DNA of 64,000 bases, from the NCBI GenBank assembly GCA_041744215.1, contig JBGTLG010000030.1:32001-96000 (forward strand), in the 5' to 3' direction. The notes below the pieces were generated by a model. That model saw only the letters and a list, made by a program, of their open reading frames with translations, was not told where the DNA came from and did no database searches. The stretch comes from Fimbriimonadales bacterium (GTDB lineage Bacteria; Armatimonadota; Fimbriimonadia; Fimbriimonadales; ATM1). Positions 57,817 to 64,000 of this stretch are shown in pieces. Within the stretch, counting starts at the first letter, position 1; the number at the start of each line of letters is the position of its first letter. The position numbers and the translations under genes were made by a program.

Positions 57817-58004
57817 TGCCGAACCCTAAGAGAAAACACTCGCACGCGCGAAGCGCCAAGCGGCGGACCACCTGGACGACTGAAATGCCAGAGGTCACGC
57901 CGAACAAGATGGTGGGTGGCGAGCCCTTCATCAAGCCTCACTGCGCGACTCCGGACGGCTACTACAAGGGTCGGCGGCTGCCAGGCTTCAAAGACAAAGA
58001 GTAG
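57816..58004 (+). CDS. rpmF: 50S ribosomal protein L32
   Basis: '[25 protein letters not shown]'. Confidence 0.93.
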   Translation: MPNPKRKHSHARSAKRRTTWTTEMPEVTPNKMVGGEPFIKPHCATPDGYYKGRRLPGFKDKE

Positions 58005-58157
58005 CTCAGAATCCGCGATTTGAAGCTCCCTGAAATCCTTGAAGATTTGGGGAGCTTTCCACTTGTTTTCAACACAATCCTCGTCAAAAGAACGACAAAA
58101 CGGTTTGACTTGGGTCGGAGATGGCTGGTACCATGCCGCCTAGCAAGGAGAGGATCT

Positions 58158-58808
58158 ATGCGTTCCATCGCACTTATAGCGTGCGTCTTTGGCCTGACGT
58201 TGGTCGGCCCGACGGCAATCGCAAACGATACGAAACAAGCCAAACAGGCCAAGTCTCAGCCTGCAAAAGTCGTCACTCGCAAGGCGACCTTCAAGGAAAT
58301 CCCCTACAAGACCGAGTTCCGATTCGACAGAACGGTAACCGGCGGACGCCAGAAAGTCGGCCAGAAGGGCGTACCTGGGAAAATTCAACAGGTCGTCGAG
58401 ATAACGACCGTCAATGGGAAGGAAACCTCGCGCAAAGTGATTCATGAGCGCCAGGTCCACCCGCCAGTGAACGAGGTTATCCTCATCGCGAACGCCGGGG
58501 TTGCCCAAACGCGAGGCTCTTTCACCAGGACGAAGACCATGGAGGTCGTCTCGACCGCCTATTCCCCTCTGGAGCCCGGACTGGACTGGAACACTCGCAG
58601 TGGCATGCGGGCGCGGAGAGGCATCATAGCAGTCGACCCGAAGGTCATACCGCTCGGAACCCGCGTCTATGTCGAGGGTTACGGCTTCGCGATTGCAGCC
58701 GACACCGGCGGCGCGATCAAGGGCAACAAGATCGACGTATGTATCATCGACCTCGACGAGATGAGGCGCTGGGGGCGCAGAACAGTCAAGATTCACATTC
58801 TTGATTAG
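58158..58808 (+). CDS. G5 + 3D domain cell-wall protein (YabE-like)
   Basis: SD AGGAGAGG, signal, G5 'QKGVPG', 3D 'TAY..IAVDPKVIPLG..ADTGGAIKGNKID'. Upstream of rsmA. Confidence 0.9.
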   Translation: MRSIALIACVFGLTLVGPTAIANDTKQAKQAKSQPAKVVTRKATFKEIPYKTEFRFDRTVTGGRQKVGQKGVPGKIQQVVEITTVNGKETSRKVIHERQVHPPVNEVILIANAGVAQTRGSFTRTKTMEVVSTAYSPLEPGLDWNTRSGMRARRGIIAVDPKVIPLGTRVYVEGYGFAIAADTGGAIKGNKIDVCIIDLDEMRRWGRRTVKIHILD

Positions 58809-59622
58809 TCCCGACCTCACCGACCCGGGAACCCTCAAACGATTTATCGCGAAGCATGACCTCGCCCCGAAAAAGGGGCTTGGCCAGCATTGGCTGTTCT
58901 CTGCGAAAGCTGTGGATGCCATCATCGCCGAGTCCCGAGGTGCGGGCGGTATCCTCGAAATCGGACCCGGCGCTGGCGTGCTCACTCAGAGAGCGACCCA
59001 GGTCGCGACCACGGTCGCGATCGACTTAGACCCACGTGTCGAAGGTGCGCTCAACGAGTCGGCCCCGGCTGCGCACTTCATCCTTGGAGATGTCTTGAGG
59101 GTGGATTTGCTCGCGATCCTCCTCGAACTGGACCGTCCTCGGCTGGTGATGTCTAATCTTCCCTACTACATCTCCACCGCCGTCATCGAGCGGCTCATCA
59201 CGTGTGCGGACTCTATTGATTGGGCGGTGCTGATGCTCCAAAGAGAGGTGGGCGAGAGAATCGCCGCGCCGCCAGGCGATCGCAGGCGCGGAGCGATCAG
59301 CGTGGAAACCCAAGCGGCATTCGATGTAAAGGTGGTCGCAAAGGTCCCCCCGGGCGCATTCTTGCCGCCGCCAAAAGTGGAGTCCGCGGTGCTCAGGCTC
59401 GACCAAAGAGCTCCGACCCGGTTAGAGACGCACCTCGTGAGAGCGGCATTCAGGCAACCGCGCAAGACCCTGCTCAACAATCTTCTCTCGGCGAGGTACG
59501 CGAAACCCGAGGTCGAAACAGCGATCAGCCAGTTAGCGATTCGTCCCGATTGCCGCCCGCATCATCTTGACTTGGATCAGTGGACCGGTTTGGGAGATCG
59601 ACTCCGCAGCCCCAAGAGTTGA
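58801..59622 (+). CDS. rsmA: 16S rRNA dimethyltransferase
   Basis: 'KKGLGQHWL', 'EIGPGAG', 'NLPYYIS', 'FLPPPKVES', 'RKTLLN'. Confidence 0.95.
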   Translation: MISPDLTDPGTLKRFIAKHDLAPKKGLGQHWLFSAKAVDAIIAESRGAGGILEIGPGAGVLTQRATQVATTVAIDLDPRVEGALNESAPAAHFILGDVLRVDLLAILLELDRPRLVMSNLPYYISTAVIERLITCADSIDWAVLMLQREVGERIAAPPGDRRRGAISVETQAAFDVKVVAKVPPGAFLPPPKVESAVLRLDQRAPTRLETHLVRAAFRQPRKTLLNNLLSARYAKPEVETAISQLAIRPDCRPHHLDLDQWTGLGDRLRSPKS

Positions 59623-59965
59623 AACCGAACTCCCCGACGTACGCGCCGAGAAGCGTTCCACCGACCACAAGGGCTGGTGGCTGCCACCAAGGCAGAATCC
59701 CGAGCGCCATCACAACGATCATCACGGGCACACAGATGATCGTGCAACACCCGGCGATTACCGTAGCGTGGTTCACGCGATCTTTCAATCGGGTCGGCGC
59801 GAGGAGCCGAACCAGCTTCCTGCTCGTCCGTTCCGGAAACCGGCCACTCGCCTCGATAATCTCGCCCTTCCGCGACTCGCTGCGCCGGTGAACTCCATTG
59901 ACGAGCGACCACCCGAGCGCGAGTAGGGCGGCGAAGGCGAATAGAATCAACTCAGGCGATAGCAT
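59525..59965 (-). CDS. putative small membrane protein
   Basis: Three hydrophobic segments filling the gap. 3' end overlaps rsmA by ~98 nt. Confidence 0.45.
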   Translation of the reverse strand: MLSPELILFAFAALLALGWSLVNGVHRRSESRKGEIIEASGRFPERTSRKLVRLLAPTRLKDRVNHATVIAGCCTIICVPVMIVVMALGILPWWQPPALVVGGTLLGAYVGEFGFNSWGCGVDLPNRSTDPSQDDAGGNRDESLTG

Positions 59966-60039
59966 AGAGGCGAAAACGGATTATGGATCAACCGCGAACG
60001 CAGGCATCCATTGTTTCCGTCCCGCGTATCGTCTACAAA

Positions 60040-60858
60040 ATGCGAGCCAAACCCTCAGCCTTCACGCTCATCGAACTCCTCGTGGTCATCGCGATCATCG
60101 CGATTCTCGCCGCGATCCTGTTCCCCGTCTTCCAGCGAGCGAAGGAGACAGCGGTACGGACTTCCGGTATGTCCAACATGCGCCAGCTCGGCCAGGGTGT
60201 CTACCTCTATCTCACCGACCACGACGAAACCTACATGCCCTCCACGAACTACGATGCGCCGATCGACGACCCGAGCCGCATATGGACAAATCCCGTCTTC
60301 CCCTACGTCGGCAGCAAGCAGGTGTTCATCGCGCCGGGATCGACCAACAGCCGCTTCGCATCCGGATGGGCCAACCGCCATGAGCAGAGCATCGGAATGA
60401 ACGACATCGTCGCCTTCGCCACATTCGGCCTGCCGCCTGACAGAATCTGCTTTCCCGGCGAACTCAAGCTCGGCTGCTCCGCGTTCAGCGCGCCCGCGCA
60501 GACAAGCTCGATGGAATCGCCGTCGGAGGTTGGGCTGTTCGCGACCACCCCCCACGGTCCCCCAGGCACCAAGTACCGGGGCTATGTGTTCGGTTCGGAC
60601 AATGGCACGGTGTACCGCCCGCACTTCACAGTGTTCACCGACCTCTCGCTTGCCGTCCCGCTCGCGGCGGATCGCGACCTCGTGATCGAACTCGGCCACC
60701 TTGATCCCAACCTCCTCAAGCCGATCTACGCCCGGTACCTCAAAACGGGCGAAGACAGAGGAACGACGCCGGTGATCTTCGCCGATTGCCACGCGAAGTC
60801 TTACTCAGCCGCCGCGATCCGGTCGGGCTCCTCCGGGATCGTCTGGCGGTTCCGCTAA
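60040..60858 (+). CDS. prepilin-type N-terminal cleavage/methylation protein (DUF1559-like)
   Basis: '[25 protein letters not shown]', 'SNMRQLG..Y..D.DE..P', C-terminal 'FADCHAK'. Confidence 0.9.
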   Translation: MRAKPSAFTLIELLVVIAIIAILAAILFPVFQRAKETAVRTSGMSNMRQLGQGVYLYLTDHDETYMPSTNYDAPIDDPSRIWTNPVFPYVGSKQVFIAPGSTNSRFASGWANRHEQSIGMNDIVAFATFGLPPDRICFPGELKLGCSAFSAPAQTSSMESPSEVGLFATTPHGPPGTKYRGYVFGSDNGTVYRPHFTVFTDLSLAVPLAADRDLVIELGHLDPNLLKPIYARYLKTGEDRGTTPVIFADCHAKSYSAAAIRSGSSGIVWRFR

Positions 60859-60920
60859 CGCCGCTTCGGTCCGCTGTCGCCAGCCTGGCGGAACGCAAAT
60901 CTTCAGCAATGGACGGCACC

Positions 60921-61088
60921 CCGCACCCGCGGAACGATACTCCGCACCCGCGGAACGATACTCCGCACCCGCGGAACGATACTCCGCACCCGCGGAACGA
61001 TACTCCGCACCCGCGGAACGATACTCCGCACCCGCGAGAAGGTACGCCGCACCCGCGGAACGATACTCCGCACCCGCGGAACGGTTCC
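60921..61088 (+). repeat. 21-bp tandem array CCGCACCCGCGGAACGATACT x8 (6 identical)
   Basis: Units at 60921, 60942, 60963, 60984, 61005, 61026 (variant), 61047 and 61068 (variant). Confidence 0.97.
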
Positions 61089-61136
61089 GCGTGACTGCCG
61101 GACGGTTCTGCAAGCCCTTCGGAGTATCCTCTTGCC

Positions 61137-62393
61137 GTGTTCTTAGACGAGGCGGTTATCCACGTGCGCTCTGGCAAGGGCGGAGACGGGTCCGCCCATT
61201 TCCGCAAGGAGAAGCATGTGCCTCGCGGCGGGCCGGACGGCGGAGACGGCGGGCGCGGCGGCGACGTGGCGCTCATCGCCGAGCCGAAGAAGAACACGCT
61301 CATCGACTTCAGACACGAAACGAAGTTCCGCGCCGAGGACGGCCGCGACGGCGCAGGCTCAACGCGAACCGGGCGCAACGGCAAGCCGGTCGAGCTTGTG
61401 GTTCCTGTTGGGACGCGAGTGTTCGACGACGAGAGTGGTCGGCTGATGGCGGATCTGGTCGAGCCTGGGACTCGGTTCGTGGTCTGCAAGGGCGGTCGCG
61501 GCGGTCGGGGCAACACGCATTTCACGACGAGCGTCCGGCAGGCGCCGACTTTTGCGGAAAAGGGCGAGCCGGCGGTGGGGCTGCGGCTTCGGCTCGAGCT
61601 GAGTTTGCTCGCGGATGTGGGGCTGTTGGGGCTGCCGAATGCGGGGAAATCGACCCTGATCAGCCGCGTCAGCGCGGCGAAGCCGAAGATTGCCGACTAC
61701 CCGTTTACGACGCTGACGCCGCAACTCGGGATCGTGCGTGTGGGCGAGACGAGCTTTGTTATGGCGGACCTGCCGGGGTTGATCGAGGGCGCGAGCGAGG
61801 GCAAGGGGCTTGGGCTGCGGTTCTTGCGCCACGCCGAGCGGACGCGTGTGGTGCTGCACGTTGTGGAGTGCGCGCCGATCGACGAGAGCGCACCGCTGGC
61901 AAACTTGCGCCTGGTGCGTGCGGAATTGTTTCGATACTCGGAGGAGTTGGCTTCGCGGCCATCGGTGGTGGCGATGACGAAGATCGACTTGATGCCGGAC
62001 CGCGCCGAGGTGTTGCGAGAATTGGAGAAGGAGGGACTCGAGGTGTTCCCAGTTTCGGCGGTGACCGGCGAAGGGCTGGATGCGCTGCTGTTTCGGCTTG
62101 CCGCGCTCGTCGACTCGACGCCGAGGCCGATCATGCCGGTGGAGATCGAGCTAGAGGCGGATGACGCCGCGGCTTGGGAAGTGCTTTCGGGCGAGGAGGG
62201 GTACGTGGTGACTGGTGGCGAGATTGAGCGGTGGGTCGCGATGACGGATACTTCGAATATGGAAGCGCTGCAACACTTGCATCGCCGCCTGAAGAAAGCC
62301 GGAGTCATCGACGCTCTTGCGGATGCCGGAGCTGTTGAAGGCGACACGGTGAAGATTGGGCAGGTCGCCTTTAGCTACGCGGAGGATCGATGA
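61137..62393 (+). CDS. obgE: GTPase ObgE/CgtA
   Basis: 'GGPDGGDGGRGG', 'GLPNAGKST', 'YPFTTL', 'DLPG', 'TKID'. Confidence 0.98.
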   Translation: MFLDEAVIHVRSGKGGDGSAHFRKEKHVPRGGPDGGDGGRGGDVALIAEPKKNTLIDFRHETKFRAEDGRDGAGSTRTGRNGKPVELVVPVGTRVFDDESGRLMADLVEPGTRFVVCKGGRGGRGNTHFTTSVRQAPTFAEKGEPAVGLRLRLELSLLADVGLLGLPNAGKSTLISRVSAAKPKIADYPFTTLTPQLGIVRVGETSFVMADLPGLIEGASEGKGLGLRFLRHAERTRVVLHVVECAPIDESAPLANLRLVRAELFRYSEELASRPSVVAMTKIDLMPDRAEVLRELEKEGLEVFPVSAVTGEGLDALLFRLAALVDSTPRPIMPVEIELEADDAAAWEVLSGEEGYVVTGGEIERWVAMTDTSNMEALQHLHRRLKKAGVIDALADAGAVEGDTVKIGQVAFSYAEDR

Positions 62394-62986
62394 GGCTCGG
62401 CATCTTTGGGGGCACGTTCGATCCGATCCATAACGGTCACGTTCGGCTTGCGATCGAAGCTGCGGAGGCTCTCGATTTGGATCGCGTCGTGCTTGAGGTC
62501 GCCAAGCAATCTCCTCTGAAGGAGTCTTGCTTCGCTTCGGAGGAGGACAGGCTGCAGATGGTGGAGCTGGCGGTCGAGGGAGAGCCCGGGTTGGCGGTGG
62601 GTCGGTTCGAGTTATCGCGGCCTGCGCCGAGCTACGCGGTGGATACCGTGGAGCACTACCGAAAGCAGAGCTTGGATTTGTGGCTCTTGCTTGGCGCGGA
62701 CTCGCTGATGGCGCTGGATGAGTGGAAGGATCCAGATTTGCTCCTTGAGATGTGTCGTCTGGGCGTTGCGGAGCGGCCTGGTCACGTGCTGAAGCCGGAG
62801 TCAGTTTCTGTGATGCGCCGAGGCAGAGTTGACATTTTCGAGATGCGGCAGATGGACGTGAGCTCTACTGAGATTCGCGAGCGAATCGCCGACGGTCGCT
62901 CTATCCGTGGGCTCGTGAGTGATTCGGTACTCCGTTTCATCGAAGAGAAGCGTCTTTATCGTCGAGACCGAGAGAAATTCATTTGA
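62390..62986 (+). CDS. nadD: nicotinate-nucleotide adenylyltransferase
   Basis: 'GGTFDPIHNGH', 'LGADS', 'VSSTEIR'. Confidence 0.95.
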   Translation: MRLGIFGGTFDPIHNGHVRLAIEAAEALDLDRVVLEVAKQSPLKESCFASEEDRLQMVELAVEGEPGLAVGRFELSRPAPSYAVDTVEHYRKQSLDLWLLLGADSLMALDEWKDPDLLLEMCRLGVAERPGHVLKPESVSVMRRGRVDIFEMRQMDVSSTEIRERIADGRSIRGLVSDSVLRFIEEKRLYRRDREKFI

Positions 62987-63342
62987 CTTCAGAAGAGAAA
63001 GCGAAACAGATTGGAGAGATCGCTGAGTCGGCAAAAGCCGAGCGGATTGAGTTGATTGAGGTTGGCGCAAAGACCGTCATGGCTGAGTACTTCGTTGTTT
63101 GCAGCGGCAATAGCGACGTCCACTTGCGTGCGATAGCGGATCGTGTTTCGGAGAAGATGCGCGAGGCGAAATCGAAACCGCGCAGCGTGGAGGGCGCTGC
63201 GACGGGCTGGATCCTGATGGACTTTGGGGACGTAGTTCTACACGTCATGAAGGAAGACCAGCGGCAGTACTATGACCTTGAGTCTCTCTGGGCCGCAGCT
63301 CCGAAACGCGATCTCGGCGAGGTCGATGATGCAACCGCTTGA
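62983..63342 (+). CDS. rsfS: ribosome silencing factor
   Basis: 'WILMDFGDVVLHVM..RQYYDLESLW'. Confidence 0.95.
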   Translation: MTSEEKAKQIGEIAESAKAERIELIEVGAKTVMAEYFVVCSGNSDVHLRAIADRVSEKMREAKSKPRSVEGAATGWILMDFGDVVLHVMKEDQRQYYDLESLWAAAPKRDLGEVDDATA

Positions 63343-63982
63343 CCCAGTGTTGGACGAGATCGAGGCGGCGCGGCGGAAGGCACACGTTTTTGAGTCGCGC
63401 GGCGAGCACGACGCGGCGGTAGCGGTGCTGGTTGAGATCGCCGAGAAGTATCCTGAACACCCGCTAGCGCGGGAGGCGCAAGCAGACGCGTTGATTGCAG
63501 CGGGCAACCTGGAGGAGGCGAAGGCGATCCTTGCAGAGATTGTTGCTTCGCACCCTGGGAGGATAGAGACAGAGCGGAAGCACGCGAAGCTGGTACTCAA
63601 ACTTGAAGAGCGGAATCTGTCAGCGAGCCTGCTCCTCGGGGAAGGCGACTTTTCCACGCTCATGAACCCTGCGGGCGCGAAGCGCACAGCAGGCACAGCC
63701 GCGCTGTTAAGCTTCCTTGCACCAGGCTTCGGGCAGATTTACAATGGGCAGCTGAGTCGAGGGCTGACGCTGCTCGCGATCGCGGGGGTTCTTTGGACCC
63801 TTTTCTTCACCCTCGGGTCCTCTGAATCAAGTGGATTGACAACATTTGGGTGGATACTTGGGCTCATCATTCTCACGTTCTACATCGGCTGTTTGTTCGA
63901 CGCTGCGACGTCCGCTCCGAGGGCGACGTCGACCGAGCGCCCCGAACGGCCAACGCCGCCAGTGGATAAGCCATTTGAATAA
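63326..63982 (+). CDS. TPR protein with C-terminal TM2-like membrane segment
   Basis: TPR helices, 'LLSFLAPGFGQIYNGQ', two TMs. Confidence 0.7.
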   Translation: MMQPLDPVLDEIEAARRKAHVFESRGEHDAAVAVLVEIAEKYPEHPLAREAQADALIAAGNLEEAKAILAEIVASHPGRIETERKHAKLVLKLEERNLSASLLLGEGDFSTLMNPAGAKRTAGTAALLSFLAPGFGQIYNGQLSRGLTLLAIAGVLWTLFFTLGSSESSGLTTFGWILGLIILTFYIGCLFDAATSAPRATSTERPERPTPPVDKPFE

Positions 63983-64000
63983 GGACCTAATCGAATCGAT

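Overview
Bacterial chromosomal window, gene-dense and mostly GC-rich. Gene content (prepilin-type 'AFTLIELL...FPVF' protein, PEP-CTERM protein, PorV/FadL-like barrel, lineage-type secreted proteins) suggests Armatimonadota (Fimbriimonadia-like); this is inference, not a database result. The housekeeping backbone includes alaS, proS, ffh-rpsP-khpA-rimM, glnA, serC, aroC, feoAB, smpB, rimI-tsaD, grpE-glmM-coaX, accB, tRNA-Arg(UCG), tRNA-Pro(GGG), rpmE-rpmG-rpmF, rsmA and obgE-nadD-rsfS. Interspersed are exported proteases, a serpin, a stand-alone LanC-like protein and many hypotheticals. I found no integrase, transposase or CRISPR array. Most striking unexplained structure: three intergenic arrays with an exact 21-bp period (about 34.2, 55.7 and 61.0 kb). 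Two are clearly copies of one ~260-310-bp cassette with conserved flanks; one copy lies directly upstream of an uncharacterised helical+Fn3-like gene and the other has no gene. Other leads: a ~150-aa C-terminal domain shared by unrelated secreted proteins alongside a PorV-like operon, a Cys-containing selenoprotein-N-like protein, pervasive -10-box-then-start (leaderless-type) architecture, and a structured glnA leader with an orphan HisKA_2 kinase nearby. All calls were made by eye; several start codons were moved from the ORF track.
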